Part shown: in pieces, positions 26,487 to 37,648 of the stretch
Layout of the letters: every line of letters starts with the position of its first letter
How positions within the stretch are numbered: the first letter of the stretch is position 1
From: Gekko japonicus
Lineage: Eukaryota
DNA length: 64,000 nt
Direction of reading: 5' to 3'
Assembly (NCBI RefSeq): GCF_001447785.1
Contig: NW_015164194.1
Location: forward strand, 1,008,226-1,072,225
Notes under the pieces: model-generated
The model's input: the letters and a program-made list of their open reading frames with translations, nothing else
The model's database searches: none
What the model was told of the DNA's origin: nothing
Program-made: the position numbers and the translations under genes

Positions 26487-29400
26487 ATTTAAAAATAGGA
26501 GTGCAAACTTGAGACTTCTGTTCCTCTTTGAACCTTTAAATCTCACTATGCATTGTTTGATAAAACTGCAAATAACATTAACACACACAACCATTTTACA
26601 GAATTTATCACATGCTTCTTGTGCAGATGAACCCAATCCTGTCATCTCCAGTTTGAAAAGAGTCAGTGCCAGGCCGGATAGACAGAGTTGGGCTAGGGAG
26701 ACTGACGGTCTCACCCAGGATATAGCAGCTTTATGTGTTTGAGGAACTGGAAGCAATTAAGCATTGAACTGTGCACTTTAATTGTATCGCATTCAGTGGG
26801 GTAGCTTTTACTGGACTGTGTTCAAAGTGCCTGTGCCTTTTCTGTTTTGTTCCCCTTTTTCTTACTCATCTCAACCACATGTGTGTAGAACTTGGCTTCT
26901 GTGCATGTGCTCCAGCTACAAAAGGAATGAGCATGGACTGTATACATGACAGTTCAGCCATTCCAGGCCAATGTTTGGATATTGCACTGATTTGAAGGGT
27001 AGGAGGATAAGGTAGACAGCTAGCCCAGTGCCTGCCCAATACCTCTTCTAGCACCATTGTCAACTTAATTTGCAGCTGTTGGGGGCTTACTAGCCTCAGA
27101 AATTGTGGTTGCCCTATTCATATATTCATGTGCTTCTCATGAAGCTATGGGTATGCTGACTGAAAGAAAGTTAGACTGGGACTCTTGTGAGTTTCTTTCA
27201 TTCATTTTTCTTCTTTCTGTCTTTGTTCTTTGTCCCTTTTGTACATTCTTCTAGCATTTGTATAATCTCTGATACAGTAACCTTTTTTTTCCCTTTTGGC
27301 AGCCGTTTCTTTATGGTATCTGTAGCTCACCGCTAGAAATCTGCTACTTGTTCTCAGAAACGTCTGTGTGATAAAAAGATGAGGAAAATAAAGTTGATTC
27401 TTCCTGAGGAATCGGCAAGGCTGCTTATGTGAGGGAAATTTGTTTCCATCTGTAGATCTCTGTTGGGGACTAGGGATGACAAACTCTCAGCAAGCTGCAT
27501 GCAAAGCATCTCAAAGCTGATCAAGTTGCGGACATTTCCCCAGCTTTGAAGTGGTGCCCATCAACTCTGTAGAAGAATCTGACATATCTGTTTATATAGA
27601 ACACAGAGATCTGACAAATTAAAATTGCAGGATCATATGAACAGCAAAGATAAGTGTATTGCTGATCGTTTCTACCTGCTCCAGTGATACTAGTGAACAA
27701 TTTAATAATGACCAATTCTTATCAAGGGAGGTTTATTCCTTTTTAAATGGCAGCTATAGCAAATGCCTGATTGCCACTTTTGCTTCAGGTATCAACACAT
27801 GTTTCGCCTTAACTCTAATCCCAGTTACCCCAACATCCGTCTAGGCAGGTTTCATTGCATTCAAGGCATTAGATATGCAACACAGAATGGAAGCCAGCCA
27901 AAGCTTGTTTTGGATACAAGTGTACACCATCTGAAGGAGCTACTCTCTCCTTCCAAGCAGGCAATAGTCACAGCAGAGAAGGGTTTTTATTTAACGTAGC
28001 TGTTGATCTATACACACACAGCTATTTTCATAAGCACCTATTTCCAAGCATGGAAATGCAGTACCCAGTTATGTTTGAAGTCCCATCAGGTACTCTGTGC
28101 TTAGTGATGAGTGTCTTGCCAATCTTCCATAATGTTTTGGTGGCACGCTGTCCCCTTTCACCTCGACTTTACATCATCATTTCCTGTGAAATCTGGATTC
28201 ATATTTGTACATTGATTTACCTCTGAGGTTTGATATTGGTCTCCATTTCAATTTTAAAGGGCTCAGCATATATATATTATTTCCTCCATGCATTGATTTG
28301 GGGGAGGGTGAATCTTTTTTTTTTTTAAATCCCTTTAAAACAGTGCAAACTAATACTGCCCTAAAAATGATCTTTCCTGTAAAAAACTGAAAAAAACCTC
28401 CCACTATGTCTGTACAGCTTCTTCTGTGCAGAAAGAAATTCATAGGTTCACTTAGTGCATAATGTGCCAAAATGTCAAATTGTGGCCTACGGACTAAATT
28501 AAATGCCTCCTACCAGAATTTCAAGGAATGTTAGAAACAGGAACCTAGCTCTTTAGTTTATTGTTAAAGAATTATATATATAAATATTATATATATATAT
28601 ACACACACACACATACACACACACACAAGAAATCATATCAACAATGAGGATGAACTGAGTGCCAAATATTTGCCATCTGTATAAACCTACACTTCACTGG
28701 AGTTAAAGCTATTTTATGTAATTCTCATGCTTTTATGGTTCTTTTGATAAGTTCTGTTTAGTAGCATGCAGGATACCTGAATTTGAATGTATAATATAAC
28801 GTTTCATTGCTACAATAATTTCTTGCTTCTCAGTAATATCTTATTTACCAAAAAGTTGTTCGTTTGTTTGGAACATTCTTGCCAATTGTTTTGTTCTTGA
28901 GTTACTTTTTTCATGATCTTCTATTTGCCTTCAGCTAACCGTAAGAACAACACATGTGATTCACTGTTCTCTCTCCCCCACCCCACTGGCTCTTTTATGA
29001 AGCTGCCTCTCTCCACTGGTTCCTGTATTGTTTATGATCATCTCTTGTAAATAATTCTGCAATTAAATTTTTTGACAAAAGTGGCCTTACTCTTTATTAA
29101 CACAGCTTGGCTCGTTGAAAAGATACAATTAGAAGCTCTTACACAATTTTTAAACCAAATGTAACATTTCATAGACATTATTGGGAATTCTTCTAGATTG
29201 CTTCCCTAGCCAAATGATGTATTAAAGAATCTGACAACTAGTGGAATGAGTTTAGTTCCTCTGAGCGTTGTACCATTGTATTAATATGTTGAGCATAGTG
29301 TAATATGGTACAGCGGAATTTGTGTTAGGTTGCTGCTGAGGAAATAAAGTGCTCCCAGAGCCTGCTTTTATCTTTAGTAGAGAATATGAGCCCTTTATTT

Positions 29401-29538
29401 AAAGGAACTCTATTCAGGATAGGATAGAGTACAGATAGCATTCTGATCTAACTAGCTATACTTGGATGAATGGAGAGGCACAAGGCATGTACTGTCTCAT
29501 GGCTGCAAGATGGGGGAGAGAAAAGGAGAAGGTGTCAG

Positions 29539-29617
29539 ATGGATGGATGGATGGATGGATGGATGGATGGAAGGAAGGAAGGAAGGAAGGAAGGAAGGAA
29601 GGAAGGAAGGAAGGAAG
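29539..29617. repeat. (GGAT)n(GGAA)n microsatellite
   Basis: Read directly. Confidence 0.95.
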
Positions 29618-30901
29618 GTTCCCTTAGAGTAGCAATCTAAACATCAAAGAGATAGTATCAGAGCAGGAGAAAGGAAGGGATTTATCTATCTATCTCTCTG
29701 ACTGTGCAATTTAAAGGGCAAAAGGAATTTCTAAGGGGCAAACTACATGTTACATTTTGTAACAAGTTTGGGCAGCTCCAAAATGAGACAAATAGCTCCT
29801 TCCTCCAGTGCTGTTCTGACTTGGGAAAACTGTGGGGGCAAGGCAGGAGACAGTCTCAAGCCCAACTAAGCCTCCTGTGGACCTTTACAATACCAATCCC
29901 TGCAGTTGCTATATGGCTTCACAGAAAATGAACCAACTCATTACAAGATGAAATATGTCATCTGGCCTTGAGTGACAGGTTCTGAACCATCACCAGTATG
30001 CTGTTTTTCACCCTATCCTATTTACATATATGCTGCTTTTCTCCCCAAAAACTGAAGGGCTGGATAAGATTGTGCAACCCAAAACTAGGTTAATGGAATT
30101 TCTTTTCAGGATGTGTAAGTTTCAAGTAAAATGATTAATACGTAATAATGTATTGGGCTAATAGGCTTAATTAATATTCCTCCCATTTCCTTTGCTGTTT
30201 ATACTTTTGGAATATGGTTAACATTCCTAGGTCTTTGAGGTGAGTCTTAGAAAACAGAGGACTTATCAAGCCCTCATTAGAATCCAAACTCCAGAGGATG
30301 ATGGAAGACAGGAGGGCCTGGTGTGATGTGGTTCATGGTGTTGCGAAGAGTCAGACTCGACTGTGCGACTGAACAACATTAGAATCCAACATACAACTGC
30401 TTCAGCAGCTATAGCTTGAGGTGACCAGCAGAGGGAGCTCCTGAAGCACCAGCAGATATGTGTGGGTCTGGCCCTGCTGGTGAAAGGACCAAAAATAACA
30501 AAGATGAATTATTCAAATGAAATCCCCATTTCCCCTTTTAAAAAATGAGAGGACTTCAGCAATTGATAACCAGTTATGGAAGGGAAAGTGTTCTGTTTTA
30601 TACTGCAAACTGTCTGGTAAAACATATCACAACCAAGAGACTATCTGCTATGTATTAGAACTGGAACATTCCAGGACTATCTTCAGCAGCAAAGAGGCAC
30701 ACTTGGCTTCAGAATAAGAAAAAGGAAGTGCCATAAACTGACAACTGCTCACCAAAATAAGTGCTTATCTTGCTCTTCCTATTCATAGCTTGAATTTTTA
30801 GATTACACAATATGGCTGTAAACACTCAAAGCAATATACTACAATACACTAGGTAGGTACTGTAGGTCGCACCCCTGTGTATGCTACAGTGCAGACTCAG
30901 A

Positions 30902-31294
30902 GGCTGAGTTCAGACTGGCAGTTTGAAGCAGGAGGGAGTCGTGGCAAAAAAGACCCGGAACAAACTGTTCCGGGTTTTCCCGGTCACACTGCACCGACTG
31001 ATGGGGGAGCATACCGGGGAGGAGGTGCAAGGGAGCGTTCACACTGTTGGCCCAGAGGCATTTCGCGTTCACACTTCCAGGAAGTGGGATGGACGCGGGA
31101 TAATCGCGCTTTCCAGGGTTTGATACCACTTTCACCTGGTATCTTTTGAACTCAGGAGGGAAGCGTTACAAAACGGGTTGAGTACGGTTGGGGGACTCCT
31201 GACATTTGCCTGTGTGAACGGCCCCTTTAATCTGTTTGTGAAACATTTCTGGCTCATGCCTATATCGGGGCAAACTGCCAGTTTGAACTTGGCT
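30902..31294. mobile_element. Harbinger-like MITE
   Basis: 24-bp imperfect TIR GGCTGAGTTCAGACTGGCAGTTTG / CAAACTGCCAGTTTGAACTTGGCT; 3-bp TSD AGA. Confidence 0.75.
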
Positions 31295-31490
31295 AGAGTG
31301 TCTGCACATTCGGGATTCTCCTTTCACTATGACGGTGGTCTGACTTAAATGTGACACAGAAGAATTTACCCATGCAATGTCGTACATACCTATGGTCTTG
31401 TTCAAACTTAGCCTTTAGCTACTATATGCATACAACGTTACCAAGCCATAGATAGGTAGCCTGACATTAGGCTACTATTAATTATGCAGC

Positions 31491-31849
31491 AGGATTACAT
31501 GTGTAGCAGCCCGGTTCAAATGAGTTGCAGTGCTTGTGCAAGGTCACAGAGGTATGTTCTTCTGCCCCACCAGAGCACATTTAAATCCAGCATTATTTAT
31601 TTAGAGAATTTGTATGGGTCCTCTGCAGGTTGGCCCTGCACTACCTAGTTGGCCCAGAAGAGCTAGCATGGTGTAATGGTTAAGAACGGCTGACTGTAAT
31701 CTGGAGAACCAGGTTTGATTCCCCACTCCTCCACATGAAGCCTGTTGGGTGACCTTGGGCCAGTCACAGTTCTCTCAAAACTCTCTCAGCCCCACCTACC
31801 TCACAAGATTCCTGTTGTGGGGAGAGGAAGGGAAAGTGTTTGTAAGCTG
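31491..31849 (+). repeat. Direct repeat A, copy 1 (copy 2 at 34738-35091)
   Basis: About 355 bp of unique sequence plus SINE, near-identical between copies. Confidence 0.95.
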
Positions 31850-32284
31850 GGCTCAGTATGAAGACCTGAATGCTAGCAAGGAAGCTCGGGCTTAATTACG
31901 CATCTTGAAGCAAGGGAATAAATCGGTGCGGGAGTTCACTGACGAGTTCAAGCAGCAAGTGGCTAAGATCCAGGGCTGGCCCGATGAGGTGATGGCTGAG
32001 CAATACCGCCTGGGTCTGCACCCCAAGGTCATGGAGATGGTTCTACGGAGTGTACACCCTGTGTCCCTGAATGTACACCCTGTGTCCCTCAACTGGGACG
32101 CGATATATTCCACCCAGCGGTCTTCATCAGGGAACAGATGGCTCCAGTTTACGATGAACTTCTGGGCACGCACCACAAAGAATGCCAGCTTCTCGGGGGT
32201 TCCATCAAAGGTGGCATCCAATAGCTCCGTAGGGCAATGCACCTCCCGGCCCTGTTGTGCCAGCACCACGTTCCCCGGAGGTCT
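31850..32284. mobile_element. Rearranged Ty3/Gypsy gag fragments (sushi/PEG10-RTL-like)
   Basis: + strand LKQGNKSVREFTDEFKQQVAKIQGWPDEVMAEQYRLGL; - strand TFDGTPEKLAFFVVRAQKFIVNW...VEYIASQLR. Confidence 0.8.
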
Positions 32285-32501
32285 CGGGAGGGGGGGGGTT
32301 CCCGGTTGGACAGGCAGGACTACTTTCAACAGGAGACTTGAAATGGATGCAAGGGTTTTTTGACTTCCTGGGACCAACCAGAAGAAACAGGAGGAGCTTG
32401 CAAGTGTATTCCTCCACAGCTGGATTCCAACTTGTTTGCTCCAGCTTCTACAAATCTTACTAGTGCCCTTCCGGTTCTCACAGTTTTGTTCCTGGATGCA
32501 G

Positions 32502-33104
32502 AGGAGGGGGCCAGCAAAACCCGCAGGGGGCATTCACGCATGCACGGGTGCGTGTGTGGTAACCGCGGTCACAGGCATCTTATTGTGCACACACGAACAG
32601 CTAGGGGAAAGGAGTTCACGCATCACGAGCGCCAGCCCCACCAACAAGGTTGGCTCCCCCTGTCAGGTCCCGGCCATCTTGTGCACGCTGAGGCTTCAGG
32701 TGGAGGCAGAGAGATAGAGACTGGAGGTCTCCAAAGTGAAAGTTTCCGCTTTTTTACCATATTGTGTGTCTCCAGGGGGAAGAAGGAAAGCTGTGGCTGC
32801 TATTTTACCCAGCACCAGTGCAGCAACAGTCTGTGGGCCTCTCTCACGCACACACACCCAAACACCAGAGGATAGGGGGAAAGCTTCAGCAATCAGTCTG
32901 CTACTGAGCCCAGAGACATCATCCCAGCTCCACTGTGCAGATTGGACCCAGTGCTCGCTGGATCCCAAATAAATAATTCAGCCCTTACACATCAGCTTTG
33001 CTGGCCTATCTCTGCTTTTCCTGAGTATCTGTACCCCCAGACAAGATGAGTGCAAAAAGAAAGAGCTATTCTGTTGAGTACAAGAAAGGAATTGTCGAGG
33101 ACTC
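32502..33104 (+). mobile_element. Probable 5' region and N-terminus of a pogo/Tigger-type transposase
   Basis: Acceptor-like gtacccccag followed by MSAKRKSYSVEYKKGIVEDS, resembling the start of pogo HTH/Brinker-type DNA-binding domains; only 20 aa are available. Confidence 0.55.
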
Positions 33105-34119
33105 AGGGCTCCCTCTCCCGACCTTCGACGGGGCGCCATTGGTGCCGGTGTCGGAGGTTAGGAGTTTGGGGGTGCTCCTGGACTCCGCGCTAACAATGGA
33201 GGCCCAGGTAGCAGCCACTGCCAAGTCGGCATTTTACCATCTTCGGCTGGCGCGGCAGTTGGTCCCCTTCCTTGGCCGGGATGACCTAGCCACAGTGATC
33301 CATGCGACGGTCACCTCAAGGCTAGACTACTGTAACGCTCTCTACATGGGGCTGCCTTTGTCGCAAATTCGGAAGCTGCAACTGGTGCAGAATGCTGCGG
33401 CCAGGCTGTTGATGGATCTCCCTAGACGAGATCACATCCAGCCTGTGCTGAAAGCGCTGCACTGGTTGCCAATAGCTTACCGGGTTCGCTTCAAAGTGCT
33501 GGTCATTACCTTTAAAGCCCTATATGGTCAGGGACCAGTCTACCTGAGGGACCGCCTTGCCCCGCATGTTCCCCCAAGGGCACTACGGTTGGGGACCCAA
33601 CATCTGTTGGATGTTCCAGGCCCCCGGTCCATCAGATTAACCATGACCAGGAATAGGGCGTTTTCGGGGGCGGCTCCTATCTGGTGGAATGAGCTCCCAG
33701 AGGAGATCAGGGCTCTGCGGGACCTCTCACAGTTCCGCAGGGCCTGCAAGACGGAGCTCTTCCGCCAGGCTTTTGAATAGGAGCCGCCACCACCACCATC
33801 ACCACTAATGCACCACCATCACATGAGTTTACCATCTACGCCCTATATATGGACATCATGATGTGGGGCATGTATCATCAAGGCCCGAAATCGTTGCATT
33901 ATGGGTGAGAACGGGACGTCTAGGGGGCGGCCATCTTTTTAGAAACTGTAAATTGGAATTTAGTTGAGAGGAGCACTATGATTGTTTTAATGTTGATGTA
34001 TTTTAAGAAATTTTGTACTGTTTTCTATTTTATGTGGCGACATGCCTTGTTAGCCGCCCTGAGCCTCCGGGGAGGACGGGATAAAAATGTGAATAATAAA
34101 TAAATAAATAAATAATAAG
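33105..34119 (+). mobile_element. Young L2 LINE 3' fragment
   Basis: Stop-free, CpG-rich ORF to 33780 (SRLDYCNALY, LHWLP); (TAAA)n tail; same family as 5160-7316. Confidence 0.93.
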
Positions 34120-34737
34120 TCGTGGAAGTAGTGACAGACTTCACGTTCCTGGGATCCCAGATCACCGCAGACTGTGACAGCAGCCATGAAATTAAAAGAC
34201 GCCTGCTCCTTGGGAGGAAAGCGATGGCGAACCTAAACAGCATGATAAAAAGTAGAGACATCACCCTGCCAACAAAAGTCCGCATGGTCCAAGCAATGGT
34301 ATTCCCAGTAGTCATGTATGGCTGCGAGAGTTGGACTATAAGGAGGGCCGAGCGCCGAAGAATAGATTCTTTTGAACTATGGTGCTGGAGAAGACTCTTG
34401 AGAGTCCCTTGGACTGCAAGAAGATCAAATCAGTCAATCCTAAAAGAAATCTACCCTGACTGTTCCCTGGAAGGCCAGATAATAAAACTGAAGCTCAAAT
34501 ACTTTGGCCACCAAATGAGAAGGGAGCACTCACTGGAGAAGACCATGATGCTGGGAAAGATTGAAGGGCAAAGAAGACGGGGACGGCAAAGGATGAGATG
34601 GTTAGACAGTGTCATAGATGCAACGAACATGAAGATGAGCAAACTTCAGAGGACAGCGAAAGACCGGAAGGCCTGGCGTGATCTGGTCCATGTGGTAGAG
34701 AAGAGGCATACTCGACTGTGCGACTGAGCAACAAAAA
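34120..34737 (+). mobile_element. BovB (RTE) LINE 3' fragment
   Basis: EIKRRLLLGRKAM...VFPVVMYGCESWT...RRRGRQRMRWLD; CAA/A tail. Confidence 0.95.
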
Positions 34738-35181
34738 AGGATTACATGTGCAGCAGCCCGGTTCAAATGAGTTGCAGTGCTTGTGCAAGGTCACAGAGGT
34801 ATGTTCTTCTGCCCCACCAGAGCACATTTAAATCCAGCGTTATTTATTTAGATAATTTGTATGGGTCCTCTGCAGGTTGGCCCTGCACTACCTAGTTGGC
34901 CCAGAAGAGCTAGCATGGTGTAATGGTTAAGAACGGCTGACTGTAATCTGGAGAACCAGGTTTGATTCCCCACTCCTCCACATGAAGCCTGTTGAGTGAC
35001 CTTGGGCCAGTCACAGTTCTCTCGAAACTCTCTCAGACCCACCTACCGCACAAGGTGCCTGTTGTGGGGAAAGGAAGGAGTTTTTAATCTGCTTTGATGA
35101 GACTCCTTAGGGTAGAGAGAAGAGGGGTATAAAAACCAACTCTTCTACCATGCAAGTACTTGTATCACGTTGTGGTGACAC

Positions 35182-35380
35182 TGGAGACCACTGATCTATG
35201 CACATGTGGAGGAACGAGAAAAAGCATGAATTAATCAGTCATAATTTTTATTAAAACCACTGATCTGTGCACATGTGGAGACCACTGATCTATCTATGCA
35301 CATGTAGAGGAGGAAGAAAAAGCATGAAATAATCAGTTATAATTTTTATTAAAACCACTGATCTATGCACATGTGGAGAC
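35182..35380. repeat. Tandem duplication, ~97-bp unit
   Basis: accactgatctatgcacatgtggag occurs four times within two units. Confidence 0.85.
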
Positions 35381-35383
35381 AAC

Positions 35384-35690
35384 TGTCAGGGTCCTTAGGT
35401 TACTCAACACAGGGCTTCATGAGAAGAAAACTGTTTATTGATAAAACCAGAACTGAAGACACGTGTACAGCTTGTGTCAGGAATGGATGACAATACTAGG
35501 GCCTCTGACTTATACTAGAATCAAACATCCCCCCTGGTAAGCATAAGCCAATGGATACAGTTCGTGCACGCAGGCAAAGCAAGCAGGCAAAGCAAAAGCC
35601 GTTAGCTTTCCCAGCCGAATAATACTGCAGCTGGAACATCTACAAGATCAAGCATAAGATAACATACAGGAGGGAGAGCTGAGAAAGAAA
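35384..35690 (-). mobile_element. LTR fragment (right end unresolved)
   Basis: tgtcagg start with ctcaacac and tttattga motifs like the solo LTR at 46249; no TSD found. Confidence 0.55.
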
Positions 35691-35691
35691 A

Positions 35692-35917
35692 CGGGAGGGG
35701 GGGGGGGTTTCCCCGGTTGGACAGGCAGGACTACTTTCAACAGGAGACTTGAAATGGATGCAAGGGGTATTTTTTTTTACTTCCTGGGACCAACCAGAAG
35801 GAACAGGAGGAGCTTGCAAGTGCATTCTTCCACAGCTGGATTCCAACTCGTTTGCTCCAGCTTCTACAAATTTTACTAGTGCCCTTCTGGTTCTCACAGT
35901 TTTGTTCCTGGATGCAG
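35692..35917 (+). repeat. Direct repeat B, copy 2 (copy 1 at 32285-32501)
   Basis: About 220 bp, near-identical. Confidence 0.93.
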
Positions 35918-36776
35918 TTCTTTTTTCCCATTGTTTCCCACCTCCACTCTTTCTCTCAGGAAAAAAAAGGCAACTGTAATTGAGGTCAGACAGAGACAGA
36001 GTCTGGGGCTGTTGAGAGATGTAGTCCCTCAGTATTTACATTACAATTGCTGGGGAGGGGGAAACTGAGGGTTTTAAAAATTCCAATTTAAAGGGGGAAG
36101 TCCCATGAGCCCACACTCATTCTAAGCACAATATCAGGTGATGGTAGGGCTGCCAGCCTCCAGATGGGGCCTGAAGATCTTCTGAGATTTTGATCTCCAA
36201 ACAACAGAAATCAATTCTACTGGGGGGAAAATAGCTGCTTTGGAGGGTAGATGCTGTCCGCCCTCACAGGGTGTCTGTTGTGGAGAGAGGAAGGGAAGGT
36301 GATTGTAAGCCACTCTTAGACTCCTTCGGGTAGTGAAGGTGGGGTATAAAACCAGCTTCTCCTCCTTATTCTTCTGCATTATACTCTGCTGAGCTTCCTC
36401 CCCTCCCCAGACCTCCCCAGGTTCCATGTCCAAAATCTCCATGAATTTCCCAACCCTGAGTCAGCAGCCCTAATAGTCTCATTTAATTTGGAGCTTTCTG
36501 CCTTCCACGAGGGGAAAAAATCCCATGTAGAAGCAGCACGACATATAGAGCCATCCAGCACTTAGCCACCACTTTGGCAGATGACTTCCATAATTTTGTG
36601 ATCAAGATCTCCATAGGAGTGGTACCTTATGTTACCTCTCCCCTCATGCACACACACAGGCTGCTTCTAATGGAAGGGAAGACTACAGAGGGGCTTCAGG
36701 CTTGAATCCAAGCAGCTTTTCCACAGATGAAAAAGGGAGGAGAAGATCCCCTTTGACCATGAAAAAAGCTATGCTG

Positions 36777-37648
36777 GGGGAGACTTCCGGCGGACGTTGA
36801 TCCAAACGCCCGCACCAGATGCTGCCTCCACATTGTTTTAAACTAAAAGAATTTTAAAAGCCTATTATAAATAACAATATAACCTCTAATCCTGAAGGCT
36901 GACATGGGACGACCCAAGGGTCAAAAGAAGAAAACACAGAGACCTCCGCCAGCCAAGGAAGAATCGGAATTATCTATCGAAGACTCCCCCCCCCCAACTG
37001 CTGCTTGAAACAGAAGGAGAGGAGGCTTGGGCCAGCAAAAGGAAACACAAAGGCTCGATTGCAAAATATAAAACAAAACATGCAAGGATTTCTTACAGAA
37101 CTGGAAAAAAAAAGAAGAAGAAGAAATCCAGAGTCTTATAACTACAATGACATCAAAAATAGACAATCTAACTAAGAGCATGGAAGAAATTAAAGCAGTT
37201 GCAGATTCAGCTGCAGCAGAAGTGAAAAACAACAAACAAGCTATTTCGGAGCTACATAATTATGAAACCTGGTCCAAAAGTAAGTTAATGTTATATAGAA
37301 TTTAGAGTGTGTGAATGGAAAATTAAGATTTGTGGGATTCCACCAAACTTTGAACTGAATACTAACCTGACTACAGCTTTAAATCCATGGCTGAGTGGGG
37401 AGTTGAAACTTCCAGGTCCAGTGGTTGCGACAGCATACAGACTAAATGTTAGCAGGTCCGGTTCACCAGCTTTCATCCCGGATGACGTTGCAGAGATTGT
37501 GCATGTTCAAACAAAGAAATTAATTTTAGAAACTGCTTGCAGCCAAAAAGGTTTGAAATTAGATGATGTTGTCACTCAAATATTTCCAGATCTCCCATAC
37601 GAAATCCTGACTGTTCGAAGAAATATGCACCCAGTGGTAGAGAGACTA
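36777..37648 (+). mobile_element. L1 5' end and ORF1 remnant
   Basis: ggagacttccggcgg 5' end; coiled-coil region, then IKICGIP...AYRL...QIFPDLPYEILTVRR. Confidence 0.8.

Larger units (their letters stand above)
20934..29080 (+). other. DLGAP2: Probable long DLGAP2 3' UTR (end uncertain)
   Basis: About 8 kb AT-rich, largely transposon-free tract after the stop; candidate polyA hexamers AATAAA 24052, AATAAA 27387, ATTAAA 29062. Confidence 0.6.

Noticed and set aside
31892-32533. Domesticated PEG10/RTL-like gene
   Set aside because: The gag is fragmented and half inverted, with an upstream stop; the ORF crosses rearrangement junctions.
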